From an uncultured delta proteobacterium (GTDB lineage Bacteria > Desulfobacterota > Desulfuromonadia > Geobacterales > Pseudopelobacteraceae), in the NCBI GenBank assembly GCA_963772835.1, contig CAVYYZ010000024.1, positions 1 through 64,000 on the forward strand: a stretch of DNA of 64,000 bases, written 5' to 3'. The notes under the pieces are model-generated. The model saw only the letters and a list, made by a program, of their open reading frames with translations. It was not told the DNA's origin and searched no databases. This document shows positions 37,524-47,857 of this stretch, piece by piece. Within the stretch, counting starts at the first letter, position 1, and each line of letters begins with the position of its first letter. The position numbers and the translations under genes are program-made.

Positions 37524-38714
37524 CTATCTGGCAGCAACCGCGTCAGCCGCTGAACGTCCAAGCGCCTCGCACTGCTCGAGTACTTCCGGTTTTGGAGAAA
37601 AAATGGTACGTACCGTATCACCGACCAGCTTGAAGCCGAGGCTCTTGAGGCGGTCTTCCGCCATTTTGCACGCTTCTCCGCTCCAGCCGTAGCTGCCGAA
37701 TATTCCTGCCAGATTGGTCTTCAGCTTCACCGTGCTGAGATAGGCAAGAACTTCCCACATCGGTTTTGCGATATCACGGTTAAACGTCGGGATACCGAAC
37801 AGCAGGGCGTCGGCCTCTTCCATGAGATTGCGCAGTTCGCTGGCATTCAGACTGTTTATATGATAGCTGGCTACCTCAATACCGTCACGCGCTGCCCCAT
37901 GAGCAACGGCGTGCGCCATTTTTTCGGTACTGCCGTGAGGCGACAGAAACAGGAGAACAATTTTTTTGTTCTGCGAAGTCGGCTTGCTCCAGTTTTCAAA
38001 CTGCTGAATGACTTTCCACGGGTCACGCCGGATTATCGGTCCGTGGCTCGGACAGATCATGTCGATCACGTCGTGGCGAATTTTCTCGACGGCGGAGAGA
38101 ACCTTGTCTTTGAAGGGTCGGAAGATACAGTCAAAATAGAAATGGCGCGCAGAAGTAAAATCATCAACCTCGTCGTTGAAAATATGGCCGGTCTGCCAGT
38201 AGTGGGCCGCAAAGGCATCGCAGGAAAAGAGGATATTATCCTCCTCCAGGCGGGTGAACATGGTGTCGGGCCAGTGGAGAAACGGAGCGGTTATAAAACG
38301 GAGCGTCCGCCCACCCAGGTCGAGTGTGTCGCCGTCCTTGATGGTCTGGCAGGCGATCGGCTTCTGCATAATATTGCCGAGAAAATTTTTGGCGGCAGTC
38401 GTGCAATAGACCATTGCCTGCGGGGCCTGTTCCAGCAAAAACGCCAGAGACCCTGAATGGTCGTGCTCCGTATGATTGACGATTATATAGTCGATGGTTT
38501 TGGGGTCTACCAGCGACCTGACCTTATCCATGTATTCATCCACAAATTTTTCTTCAACCGTGTCAATAAGGACCGTTTTTTCAGTCCCTTTGAGCAGATA
38601 GGCGTTATAGCTGGTGCCATGTTCTGTCGGGAAAAGATCGTCAAAGACCCTTAAATCAGGATCTTCCGATCCGATCCAGTGCAGTCCCGGCTTAATTTCT
38701 ATCGGTCCGAGCAT
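37524..38714 (-). CDS. fprA: Flavodiiron protein (class A flavoprotein)
   Basis: GTSYNAYL, NHTEHDHSG, HWPDTM, SCD.F, CPSHG; flavodoxin domain FGSYGWSGEA. Confidence 0.93.
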   Translation of the reverse strand: MLGPIEIKPGLHWIGSEDPDLRVFDDLFPTEHGTSYNAYLLKGTEKTVLIDTVEEKFVDEYMDKVRSLVDPKTIDYIIVNHTEHDHSGSLAFLLEQAPQAMVYCTTAAKNFLGNIMQKPIACQTIKDGDTLDLGGRTLRFITAPFLHWPDTMFTRLEEDNILFSCDAFAAHYWQTGHIFNDEVDDFTSARHFYFDCIFRPFKDKVLSAVEKIRHDVIDMICPSHGPIIRRDPWKVIQQFENWSKPTSQNKKIVLLFLSPHGSTEKMAHAVAHGAARDGIEVASYHINSLNASELRNLMEEADALLFGIPTFNRDIAKPMWEVLAYLSTVKLKTNLAGIFGSYGWSGEACKMAEDRLKSLGFKLVGDTVRTIFSPKPEVLEQCEALGRSAADAVAAR

Positions 38715-38895
38715 AATGATTTCATCTCCTTTTTGTGTGAAAAATCCGGTAGTCGCGATGCAGGGTGATTCCCTGCTCCTTTTTAAATTGTACTGAAACT
38801 TTTCGTCAATATATCAGCATAAATATCTCGTGCACAAGCGACAAATAATCTAATTTTAATTGTTTTGACAGCCTGTTTCTGGTACATATGCGGCT

Positions 38896-39477
38896 ATGAA
38901 AGAAAAAGTCCGTTCTCGTATAGCCGCCTTGCGGCCGTTACTGAAAGACACCACTCCTGAAGTCAGGATAGCAGCCGCCGGAGCAATTGAACGGCTGGAA
39001 GCGATCAGCACGGTCGATGAAATACTTGCAACGCTGAAGTCAGGTGACATGGGTGCCCGAATTGGCGCCATCTATGCTCTTGGCGAGATTGGCGGCGAGA
39101 AGGTGCTTCCACCGCTTGTCTATTGTGCCCGGCGGTCAGAAGTTGATATCCGATCTGCGTCCGCATCGGTACTGGGAAGTCTGGCCTTGCCGGCCTCTCT
39201 GCCGGTTCTTGTGGAGCTTCTCGATGATGAGAGTCCGACTGTTCAGAGCCGTGCGATAGCTGCGCTCCATGGTTTTCGGGTTACTCCCGACGTGCTCTCA
39301 AAACTGCGGACCTTTCTGGACGCGAGTGACGGCGTTCTGGAAGCAGAAGCGGCACGGACGCTGGCGGAACTCAAAGATGTTGCTTCATGCAGTAAAATCC
39401 ATCTGCTTCTGACGTCCCCACATGCCTCAACCCGACAGGCCGCCGCCACAGCACTCAGCATCATGCCCCTGCAGTAG
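38896..39477 (+). CDS. HEAT-repeat protein
   Basis: Repeated L.D..P.VR..A..AL..I motifs. Confidence 0.85.
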   Translation: MKEKVRSRIAALRPLLKDTTPEVRIAAAGAIERLEAISTVDEILATLKSGDMGARIGAIYALGEIGGEKVLPPLVYCARRSEVDIRSASASVLGSLALPASLPVLVELLDDESPTVQSRAIAALHGFRVTPDVLSKLRTFLDASDGVLEAEAARTLAELKDVASCSKIHLLLTSPHASTRQAAATALSIMPLQ

Positions 39478-39664
39478 TATCCGGAAGTAACTAATAACTT
39501 TTTCGGCCTGCGGCCTTGTCCTCCGGGCAGCCTCGCTGTCCAGGTTGAAAGGTGAATCGTCCGCTCTGGTGGCGTCAAATCCCGAAATTATGCGCCGGTA
39601 CAAAAAAACTTCCGTCATGAATCGTAATAATTGAGTTTCTGATCCCTGTTTCCAGTATGGATGT

Positions 39665-41056
39665 TCAGTAATGCCTGCTCGCAAATAATTTCCCGATGTC
39701 TATGTTTTTTAACAACGGATCAACAACGGCAACTATCTGCGAGTAGCACGACCCGTCAGAGCTGTTCAGTGCCTGCTCGCGCGGTGCGCGTAACCGTGTG
39801 CCATCGCCGTCAAACAGAATACGGACCATCGGGGCGTTTTCATCCAACGGGTTTGGTCGATACACAATTGCAACTTCGTTGTTATCGAGCCGCACAAGCG
39901 TACCTACCGGGTAGTTACCCATCATTTCTATAAAACGCTCAACAATAGCTCCGTCCAGAATCGTATTGGTCATCTTCTGCATCTCGTGCAGTGCGGTTTT
40001 CGGATTCACCGGGTGCTGGTAGACGCGCAGTGTCGTAATGGCATCGTAGGTGTCGGCGATTGCAATTATATCAACCATCTGATTAAAGGGGAGCTTATTT
40101 GCCCATTCAGGATATCCGCTCCGGTTGTAATGCAGGTGATGCCCCAGTACAACCGAGGAAATATGCGGTGCCAGTCCTTCCATTTCGCGGATGATTTTGG
40201 AACCGAGTTCAGGATGCCGCTTCATTTCATCAAATTCGGCGCTGGAAAGTTTACCCGGCTTGTTAAGGATATCCTTTGAAATCATGGTCTTTCCGATGTC
40301 ATGAAGCTGCCCGGCAATTCCCAGATCCCTGACGGTCATGGAATCAAGACCGAGTGAGGTGCCCAATGCCATCGATAAAACGCCGACATTGACACAATGG
40401 TTAAAGGTGTAGTTGTCATAATCCTTGATCATTGTTAAACCCAGCAGCGCCCATGGTTCCTGCATGGTGATCGCAGCCATCTGGTCAACAACCTTTATCA
40501 TCGGGGCGCTGTTCGGAATGCGTCCCCGTTCTATGTCCCGGCAGATTGATTTTATGGCTGAGAGAGCCCTGTTGTACGTTTCAACATGACCATCCGAGTC
40601 GTCCTTTTCAGGTTCATCATCGGCTGTATCAAAACTTTCATCGCCAAGACGGACCAGTGTAACGCTTGTGATTCCCGCTTCCGTAGTCTGACGGGAAAGG
40701 GACTCAAAGCTGACACTCTTGGCGGAGAAGAGTCTGACGAACGATTCAAGTTCTTCAAAAGTGATGGATTTGGAGACAACAATTCTGTTTATCTCTTTCT
40801 CGGTCATCCGGTACGTCAGATCGGCGATTGCTGTTGAGGGTGCAGTGAAGAGATGGTCATCAAAGAACATGATATTATCTATCAGTCCCCATGAGATCTG
40901 TTCCTCCAGGCTGAGAGCCGTCGTCAAAATTTTATAGAGTTCCATGAGCGGCTGTCTGATTGCAGGGTGCGAAGCAGGGTAAAAAGCCATTCCTTTAACC
41001 GCACCGGAAAAAAGCGTGATCAGTCTGAGCGCATTCGTCTTGTCAAGTGATCCCAT
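39665..41056 (-). CDS. HD-GYP cyclic dinucleotide phosphodiesterase (RxxQ variant)
   Basis: YTFNHC, HDIGK, ILNKPGKL, HP..G, HH...SGYP, DTYDAITTLRVYQ. Confidence 0.92.
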   Translation of the reverse strand: MGSLDKTNALRLITLFSGAVKGMAFYPASHPAIRQPLMELYKILTTALSLEEQISWGLIDNIMFFDDHLFTAPSTAIADLTYRMTEKEINRIVVSKSITFEELESFVRLFSAKSVSFESLSRQTTEAGITSVTLVRLGDESFDTADDEPEKDDSDGHVETYNRALSAIKSICRDIERGRIPNSAPMIKVVDQMAAITMQEPWALLGLTMIKDYDNYTFNHCVNVGVLSMALGTSLGLDSMTVRDLGIAGQLHDIGKTMISKDILNKPGKLSSAEFDEMKRHPELGSKIIREMEGLAPHISSVVLGHHLHYNRSGYPEWANKLPFNQMVDIIAIADTYDAITTLRVYQHPVNPKTALHEMQKMTNTILDGAIVERFIEMMGNYPVGTLVRLDNNEVAIVYRPNPLDENAPMVRILFDGDGTRLRAPREQALNSSDGSCYSQIVAVVDPLLKNIDIGKLFASRHY

Positions 41057-42646
41057 CTAATCTTCCTTCCTTTTTTCTATCATTGCAATTGCATCCGAGC
41101 ATGCTACCTCAAGTTCCCGACTGCCGGAAGCAAGTTTTTCAAGGTGCGGCACAGCCCTGACATCACCCAGCTTGCCCAGACATGCGGCAACAGCTGCTTT
41201 TAGCTGTTTTCCCCTGGTCGCAGCAAACAGATACCGCCCTTCCAGGAGAGTTACAAGGTATGGGGTCACCTGCCGTTCACCAATTGTGGCAAGGGCGGTC
41301 AGAGCATCAATTTTGAGGGGGAGTGACTTCAAAAAAAATTCTCGGGAGAGCACAATCTTCAAAAGGTCCGGCAAAGATTTTTTACTTTTCATCCCGCCAA
41401 GCGACGCGACTGCCTGTGGATGCAGAGCTGTATCGTTCCCGCGCAGAATGTTGAGAATTGCGGTTTCTGCTTCATTTCCACCAAGCAGCGCCAGACTTCG
41501 AATGGCTTCTTTCCGGACGCGTAGATCATGATGATGGAGACACTCCATAAGTGCCGCCAGTGACTCATGGCTTGCGATTGATCCTAAAATAGCGCAGATG
41601 TTTCGCATGATGAACCAGCGTGAGTCGTGCATCATATTCAGAAGCACCGGCACGGCCGCTTCACCGATGTTGCCCAGTAGCGTTGAAAGGGTTTTTCTGA
41701 CTTTAAGGCTGTTGGTGTGCCCCAGAAGATCAATAGCTGACGAAATGGCGGTGGTGCCTCCGGCTTTGAGAGCAGCAAGCAGGGTTGTCTCCGTTACCCC
41801 GTTTCCCCCCTCTATTCTATCAAACATAACCTGTAGAACATCTCCATGTGTAACAATCTGCTCAATCGCGAACAGAGCACACTCCCGCATGCATTCACTG
41901 CGTCCTTCGTCAGCGGCGTGGCTTGCCAGCAATTCAATCAGCGGGAAAACCAGGTGTGCTTCCCGGCGTACCTGGAGATCATCGGCACAGGCAACGGCCT
42001 GGCGGACCAGCATCAGGTAAATGTCGTCATCAAGGCAGGTAATTAATCGCCCGAGCATCGCCTGAAGCTGCTGTTCCGGTTGGAGAGTATCCGCCTGTGG
42101 CGCCGGTTGCTCAACAGCAGGGGGAGTCTCCTCTCCGGTTTCAGCTTCATCAATCCCTAATGGGATGATACCGGCCTGTTCGACTCTTTGGCGTTTATTC
42201 CGGATGGCCGTCAGGTCAAACTCATTGACGCAGATGGAGCGAATGCCGCTCGAAGTCATCACGGTATCAATGCCTCCTGACTGCTGGATTGTTTCAGGAG
42301 ACAGACACAATATTTTTATCATTTCAAGTAGATCTTCCTGGAACAGGTCGTGAAAAAAAGTAATTTTTTGAGCCCGGCGGATAAAGAGTTCATATGCCAG
42401 AGCGCTCGCCATGCCGGAATCCTCTTTAAGAACCTCCCCGTCCGGGAAGCTGAATCCGGTTCGCCCGCAGGCGAGAGAAAGTGTGTTCCCATTAAGCAGC
42501 TGCAGCATCGTTGAATGAGCCAGTTCCAGGCTGCTGCGGCGGGTCGGGTGCCCTTTCGGATAAAACCTCCACGTCCGCACGGCGCGATAGACAGTGCCGA
42601 GCGCATCAATAGTTCCCTGGGATGTTGGTGGTCGATAGAAATCCAT
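41057..42646 (-). CDS. HEAT-repeat protein with N-terminal FYPxxHP domain
   Basis: D.RWF..RN....LG, D.RVRKEAI..L repeats; abuts the HD-GYP gene with no gap. Confidence 0.85.
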   Translation of the reverse strand: MDFYRPPTSQGTIDALGTVYRAVRTWRFYPKGHPTRRSSLELAHSTMLQLLNGNTLSLACGRTGFSFPDGEVLKEDSGMASALAYELFIRRAQKITFFHDLFQEDLLEMIKILCLSPETIQQSGGIDTVMTSSGIRSICVNEFDLTAIRNKRQRVEQAGIIPLGIDEAETGEETPPAVEQPAPQADTLQPEQQLQAMLGRLITCLDDDIYLMLVRQAVACADDLQVRREAHLVFPLIELLASHAADEGRSECMRECALFAIEQIVTHGDVLQVMFDRIEGGNGVTETTLLAALKAGGTTAISSAIDLLGHTNSLKVRKTLSTLLGNIGEAAVPVLLNMMHDSRWFIMRNICAILGSIASHESLAALMECLHHHDLRVRKEAIRSLALLGGNEAETAILNILRGNDTALHPQAVASLGGMKSKKSLPDLLKIVLSREFFLKSLPLKIDALTALATIGERQVTPYLVTLLEGRYLFAATRGKQLKAAVAACLGKLGDVRAVPHLEKLASGSRELEVACSDAIAMIEKRKED

Positions 42647-42758
42647 TGCCGTTCCTTGTATTGAGAAGTGGAATTATGCCATACTGCTCCGGAAATGTCT
42701 TTCCTAAATATTTTAATTTCTGACGATCTACGCAGTGACGGACGCATGGGAGAGGTGC

Positions 42759-44111
42759 ATGAAGCAGAAAACAATCTTTACCTGTCAGAAATGCGGCAAC
42801 CAGTCACCCAAATGGCTCGGAAAATGCCCTGACTGTGCGGCCTGGAACAGCATGGTGGAAGAGGCGGTCGTCAGGGTTTCGAACGTTGCACGCACATCCG
42901 GGAGCGCCATACCCATTCCGATATGTGACGTCCCTCCTCAAACCGAGACACGCCGGCCCACCGGCATTGGAGAACTCGACAGGGTTCTGGGCGGCGGTAT
43001 TGTCCCCGGCTCTCTGGTTCTGATAGGCGGCGATCCGGGTATCGGAAAATCGACGCTTCTGCTGCAGGCGATGCACACCCTGGCTATGGCGGCAGGGAAG
43101 GTACTGTATGTTTCCGGTGAGGAGTCCGCGTCCCAGACCCGTCTGCGGGGTGAACGGCTGGGTGCATCAAGCCGCAACCTGATGATTCTCGCTGAAAACT
43201 CGCTGGAAGCGATCCTGAGCCAGGCCGCAGCTCTTAAGCCCGCCGCAATGGTAATTGACTCGATTCAAACGGTCTGGACCTCTACTCTGGAATCGGCTCC
43301 CGGCAGCGTCAGCCAGGTGCGGGAATCGGCCGGAAAGCTGATGCTGCTTGCCAAAGGAAGTGATATACCGATCTTCATTGTCGGACACGTTACCAAAGAC
43401 GGTTCTATAGCCGGGCCGCGTGTCCTTGAGCATATGGTTGATACGGTGCTCTACTTCGAGGGGGATGGCAGTCATCCCTTCCGGATTCTGCGGGCGGTCA
43501 AGAACCGCTTCGGTTCAACCAATGAAATAGGCGTTTTCGAGATGAAACAGGAGGGGCTGTGCGGAGTGGCAAATCCATCAGAGCTGTTCCTTTCCGAGCG
43601 GCCGCTGGATGTGTCGGGCTCTGTCGTCACCACGTCGCTGGAGGGGAGCCGCCCTCTGCTGGTAGAACTTCAAGCTCTGGTTACCCCGTCTTCCTACGGC
43701 GTTCCCCGTCGGACAACTATCGGGGTTGACCATAATCGCCTGGCTTTGTTGGTCGCCGTCCTGGAAAAAAAAGTCGGTCTGCACATGGCCGGTCAGGACA
43801 TCTTTTTGAACGCGGCAGGAGGTGCGCGTCTGAACGAGCCGGCGGCAGACCTGGCCATGATTATGGCGGTTGCCTCCAGTCATCTCGACAAAGCGGTCCC
43901 TCCCGATACGGTCATCTTCGGTGAAGTCGGCCTGGCAGGAGAAGTGCGGGCTGTCACCCAACCTGAATTGCGCATTGCCGAAGCCGAAAAGCTTGGCTTC
44001 AAGCGCTGCATTATTCCCGCCGGCAGCCTGAAGCGTCTTAAAAAACGGGGCATCCGTCTGGAGGGCGTCTCAACGGTTCAACATGCAATGGATGTGATAT
44101 TTGAGTCGTGA
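42759..44111 (+). CDS. radA: DNA repair protein RadA/Sms
   Basis: C4 zinc finger, GDPGIGKSTL, KNRFG. Confidence 0.97.
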   Translation: MKQKTIFTCQKCGNQSPKWLGKCPDCAAWNSMVEEAVVRVSNVARTSGSAIPIPICDVPPQTETRRPTGIGELDRVLGGGIVPGSLVLIGGDPGIGKSTLLLQAMHTLAMAAGKVLYVSGEESASQTRLRGERLGASSRNLMILAENSLEAILSQAAALKPAAMVIDSIQTVWTSTLESAPGSVSQVRESAGKLMLLAKGSDIPIFIVGHVTKDGSIAGPRVLEHMVDTVLYFEGDGSHPFRILRAVKNRFGSTNEIGVFEMKQEGLCGVANPSELFLSERPLDVSGSVVTTSLEGSRPLLVELQALVTPSSYGVPRRTTIGVDHNRLALLVAVLEKKVGLHMAGQDIFLNAAGGARLNEPAADLAMIMAVASSHLDKAVPPDTVIFGEVGLAGEVRAVTQPELRIAEAEKLGFKRCIIPAGSLKRLKKRGIRLEGVSTVQHAMDVIFES

Positions 44112-44175
44112 CATCCTCCCTCCGCTCCAGAAGGTATGGAGAACTACCGATACCATATAATACCTGGATTACTAC

Positions 44176-44916
44176 ATGATGCCACGTCTGGAACAAGATG
44201 TTACCGTTCAGTATCACGAAGTTGATCAGCATGGGTTTCTGCGGCCCGTTGCCCTTCTTAATCACCTCCAGTCTGCAGCAGGATACCATGCGGCGCTGCT
44301 CGGAGTTTCCGTGGCGGATCTGGTCGCACGTGGCTATACGTGGGTGCTGTCAAGGATTCACCTTACTATGGAGCGCTATCCGCTCAGTGGTGAGGTCTTC
44401 CGGATACGAACCTGGCCGGCGACCAGAGAGAATCTTCTCACAATAAGGGATTTTGAGCTGACCGACAGTGACGGCTCTTTGATCGGCAGAGCGACAACGC
44501 TGTGGGCGGTACTGAACCTCAAAACGAGGCGCCCCGTGAAGCTGACTGACGTGCTGCCGTTATATCCGCTGAATCCTGTCCGGGCGCTTAATGACACGTT
44601 CGACACACTTCCTCTCTTTGAAAAACCGGAGCATGAACTGCGTCTGCCTGTGCTGCGAGGCGATCTTGACATCAACAGACACGTGAATAATACCGTCTAC
44701 GCCGGTTGGGTGCTGGAGACGGTTCCTGAAGAAGTGGACAGTACCTGCCGTCTTTCCTCAATAGAAATTGCGTTTCGCGCCGAGGCACTCTACGGAGACA
44801 CCATCGTTGCACGCACGGCGGGAGCCGGAGAGGCGGGCTGTTATCTCCACCGCGTGGATAGTCACTGTGATGGTCGGGAGTTGGCCCGGGTCCGGACCTA
44901 CTGGGCACCCCTGTAA
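44176..44916 (+). CDS. Acyl-ACP thioesterase
   Basis: WVLSR, DLDINRHVNN..Y double-hotdog pattern. Confidence 0.9.
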   Translation: MMPRLEQDVTVQYHEVDQHGFLRPVALLNHLQSAAGYHAALLGVSVADLVARGYTWVLSRIHLTMERYPLSGEVFRIRTWPATRENLLTIRDFELTDSDGSLIGRATTLWAVLNLKTRRPVKLTDVLPLYPLNPVRALNDTFDTLPLFEKPEHELRLPVLRGDLDINRHVNNTVYAGWVLETVPEEVDSTCRLSSIEIAFRAEALYGDTIVARTAGAGEAGCYLHRVDSHCDGRELARVRTYWAPL

Positions 44917-45022
44917 ATAGAGCCCGTCGGTTACCGGTCGCTTCGCCCCCCCATTATCAAAAATAGGTGTCCGTTTATCCTGCCGCTTCGAAGATTTGTT
45001 TTGACCTCTCCCTCTTCCTATG

Positions 45023-45046
45023 TTATATCAAGAAAAGTTGATATAA
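45023..45046. promoter_or_regulatory. SahR-type operator TTATATCAA-N6-TTGATATAA
   Basis: Perfect 9-bp dyad overlapping the promoter (TTGACC at 45001) of the sahR-ahcY operon; extra half-site at 45061. Confidence 0.8.
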
Positions 45047-45071
45047 ATAAATTGCGTACATTGATATAACT

Positions 45072-45983
45072 ATGCTTGAAACATTCAAATCCCTGTCCGA
45101 CCTCAGCCGCCTGCGTCTGGCTGCAGTGCTCCTTTCAGGTGAGTTCACCGTGCAGGAGTTGACCCGTATCATGGGTATGGGACAGTCACGCGTCTCGCGT
45201 CACCTGAAAATACTGACCGAGGCCGGCGTGTTGACCGTGAAACGCCAGGGTACCTGGAGCTACTTTCGGGTCGGTGAGGGGAGCAGCTTCTTCAGCGCCA
45301 TCCGCCCCGCTATTGAACGGGAAATGGAGAGACTGCCTGAACGGAGCCGTGATCTGGCGGCCGTTGCGGCAGTTCTTGATGAACGTCGTCGGCGCAGTCA
45401 GGAATTTTTCGATCGGAATGCCCGTCAGTGGGACGACCTGGCCCGCACTCTGCTGCCTGTCCCGGAATACCGGCAGCACCTGCTGGAACAGATACCTGAA
45501 AGCGCCATTGTACTGGAGATAGGCATAGGAACCGGCGGCCTGCTGGCGGAGTTGGCGGAACGGGCGTCCAGGGTGATTGGCGTGGACCATTCTCCGGCAA
45601 TGCTGGGAGAGGCCCGGCGCCGGCTGGACGAAAAAGGCATCGGAGGTATCGATCTGCGCCTGGGAGAGATGAGCCACCTGCCGTTACCCGATGCCTCTGT
45701 TGAGTGCGTTGTGGCAAACATGGTGCTGCATCATGCCGCCGACCCGGCGGCGGTGCTGGCTGAAATCCGTCGCGTGCTGGTCACCGGCGGCACACTGCTC
45801 CTGGCCGATCTAGCCCGCCACGAACGTGAGGCAGCTCGGGAACAGCTGGCTGACCAATGGCTGGGGTTCGAAGAAAATGAGTTGAGAGAGTGGCTGAAGC
45901 TTGCAGGTTTTGCACGTGTTACCATCGAGCAGATAGCTGCAGCCGCAGGAGAGGAACAGGTATTGCTGGTTCAAGCCTTGTAG
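45072..45983 (+). CDS. sahR: ArsR-HTH plus SAM-binding methyltransferase-domain regulator
   Basis: [31 protein letters not shown]; directly upstream of ahcY. Confidence 0.88.
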   Translation: MLETFKSLSDLSRLRLAAVLLSGEFTVQELTRIMGMGQSRVSRHLKILTEAGVLTVKRQGTWSYFRVGEGSSFFSAIRPAIEREMERLPERSRDLAAVAAVLDERRRRSQEFFDRNARQWDDLARTLLPVPEYRQHLLEQIPESAIVLEIGIGTGGLLAELAERASRVIGVDHSPAMLGEARRRLDEKGIGGIDLRLGEMSHLPLPDASVECVVANMVLHHAADPAAVLAEIRRVLVTGGTLLLADLARHEREAAREQLADQWLGFEENELREWLKLAGFARVTIEQIAAAAGEEQVLLVQAL

Positions 45984-46060
45984 GGGCGTATCGCATACGC
46001 CCTGGTGGAAAATCAGCATTTAATCTATTGCAGCGAGGGCGCAAGCATTGCGCCCCTACA
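45979..46060. repeat. GTAG-family REP doublet (REPIN-like)
   Basis: tGTAGgggcgtatcgcatacgccc ... gggcgcaagcattgcgcccCTACa; the first TAG is the sahR stop. Confidence 0.85.
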
Positions 46061-46090
46061 AAAAGCATCACATCGAAAAGGAGAATAACC

Positions 46091-47485
46091 ATGTCACAGG
46101 ATTATATCGTAGCAGATCTTACACTGGCAGATTGGGGCCGCAAAGAAATCAGGATCGCTGAGACCGAGATGCCGGGTCTGATGGCCATACGGGAGGAGTT
46201 TGCCGCAACGCAGCCACTGAAAGGGGCCCGAATCACCGGTTCGCTCCACATGACCATCCAGACAGCCGTGCTGATCGAGACTCTGACGGCGCTGGGTGCC
46301 GAAGTCCGCTGGGCTTCCTGCAATATTTTTTCGACCCAGGATCACGCCGCTGCCGCTATCGCAGCTGTAGGAGTGCCGGTTTTCGCCGTCAAAGGCGAGA
46401 CTCTTGAGCAGTACTGGGATTATACCCACCGAATCTTTGAATGGAGCGACGGCGGTTTTTCCAACATGATTCTGGATGACGGTGGAGATGCGACATTGCT
46501 GCTGCATCTGGGTGCCAGAGCAGAAAAAGATCTCTCTGTTCTTGCCAGACCGGCCTCAGAAGAGGAGACGGTTCTTTTCGCCGCCATCAAGGCCAAGCTG
46601 GCTGTCGATGCGGCCTGGTACTCAACCCGTCTGGCCGAGATCAGGGGTGTGACCGAGGAAACCACTACCGGTGTGCATCGTCTGTATCAGATGCATGAGC
46701 GCGGCGACCTGAAATTTCCGGCCATCAACGTCAACGATTCAGTCACCAAATCCAAGTTCGATAATCTCTACGGCTGCCGCGAATCGCTGGTAGACGGTAT
46801 AAAACGGGCCACCGACGTGATGATCGCCGGTAAGGTCGCCCTTATCTGCGGCTATGGCGATGTCGGCAAAGGGTCGGCTCAGGCCATGCGTGCACTGTCT
46901 GCCCAGGTGTGGGTTACCGAAGTGGATCCGATCTGTGCCCTGCAGGCCGCAATGGAAGGGTACCGCGTAGTGACCATGGAATATGCCGCCGACAAGGCTG
47001 ACTTATTTGTCACATGTACCGGTAATTATCATGTCATAACTCATGATCATATGGTCAGGATGAAGGATCAGGCGATCGTCTGCAACATCGGTCATTTTGA
47101 CAACGAAATCGAAGTTGCAGCTCTTGAAAAATATCAGTGGGAAGAGATCAAGCCTCAGGTGGATCACGTCATATTCCCGGACGGAACGCGCATCATACTG
47201 CTGGCTAAAGGTCGTCTGGTCAATCTGGGTTGCGGAACCGGCCACCCCAGTTATGTCATGTCCTCCTCATTCGCCAATCAGACAATCGCCCAGATAGAGC
47301 TGTTCTGTAATCCGGACAATTATCCGGTCGGAGTATATGTCCTTCCCAAACACCTTGATGAGAAAGTGGCACGTCTGCAGTTGAAGAAACTGAATGCGCA
47401 GCTGAGCATTCTGACCGACGAACAGGCCGCCTATATCGGCGTACCGAAGGACGGTCCGTATAAGGCTGAGCAGTACCGGTATTAA
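46091..47485 (+). CDS. ahcY: Adenosylhomocysteinase
   Basis: [41 protein letters not shown]. Confidence 0.98.
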   Translation: MSQDYIVADLTLADWGRKEIRIAETEMPGLMAIREEFAATQPLKGARITGSLHMTIQTAVLIETLTALGAEVRWASCNIFSTQDHAAAAIAAVGVPVFAVKGETLEQYWDYTHRIFEWSDGGFSNMILDDGGDATLLLHLGARAEKDLSVLARPASEEETVLFAAIKAKLAVDAAWYSTRLAEIRGVTEETTTGVHRLYQMHERGDLKFPAINVNDSVTKSKFDNLYGCRESLVDGIKRATDVMIAGKVALICGYGDVGKGSAQAMRALSAQVWVTEVDPICALQAAMEGYRVVTMEYAADKADLFVTCTGNYHVITHDHMVRMKDQAIVCNIGHFDNEIEVAALEKYQWEEIKPQVDHVIFPDGTRIILLAKGRLVNLGCGTGHPSYVMSSSFANQTIAQIELFCNPDNYPVGVYVLPKHLDEKVARLQLKKLNAQLSILTDEQAAYIGVPKDGPYKAEQYRY

Positions 47486-47497
47486 GATGTGAGAGTT

Positions 47498-47536
47498 GCA
47501 CCGGCTCTCCTCCTGTCAAGAGAGGAGAGCCGGTGC
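47498..47536. terminator. 15-bp GC-rich hairpin after ahcY (no clear U tract)
   Basis: gcaccggctctcctc / gaggagagccggtgc. Confidence 0.55.
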
Positions 47537-47566
47537 GAAGTCCGTGTAATCGGGGGATATACGCTT

Positions 47567-47857
47567 ATGGAGTGTCGCGCGGGGTGTGCTGCCTGCTGTG
47601 TAGCACCGTCAATTTCCTCACATATCCCGGACACCGATTCCGGAAAGCCGGCCGGAGTCCGCTGTTTTCAATTGACGCATGACAACCGCTGCCGTCTCTT
47701 CGGCCGTGCTGAACGCCCGGCAGTCTGTCTGAGTCTGCAGGCAGACGAAGAAATGTGCGGCACCAGTTCCGGTGAAGCGCTTGAACGGTTGACGGAGTGG
47801 GAAAAGCTGACGAGCCCGGGAGCTACTTATTCTGACCGGACTGATTCAACGCCTTGA
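47567..47857 (+). CDS. YkgJ-family cysteine cluster protein
   Basis: CRAGCAACC...GKPAGVRC...C.LFG..ERP.VC. Confidence 0.88.
   Translation: MECRAGCAACCVAPSISSHIPDTDSGKPAGVRCFQLTHDNRCRLFGRAERPAVCLSLQADEEMCGTSSGEALERLTEWEKLTSPGATYSDRTDSTP

Noticed and set aside
45890..46090. N-terminal extensions in the ORF track (ahcY; likewise rpe, metK, sfrA, hgtR, porin)
   Set aside because: They run through repeats or promoters; downstream starts have RBSs and match family N-termini.
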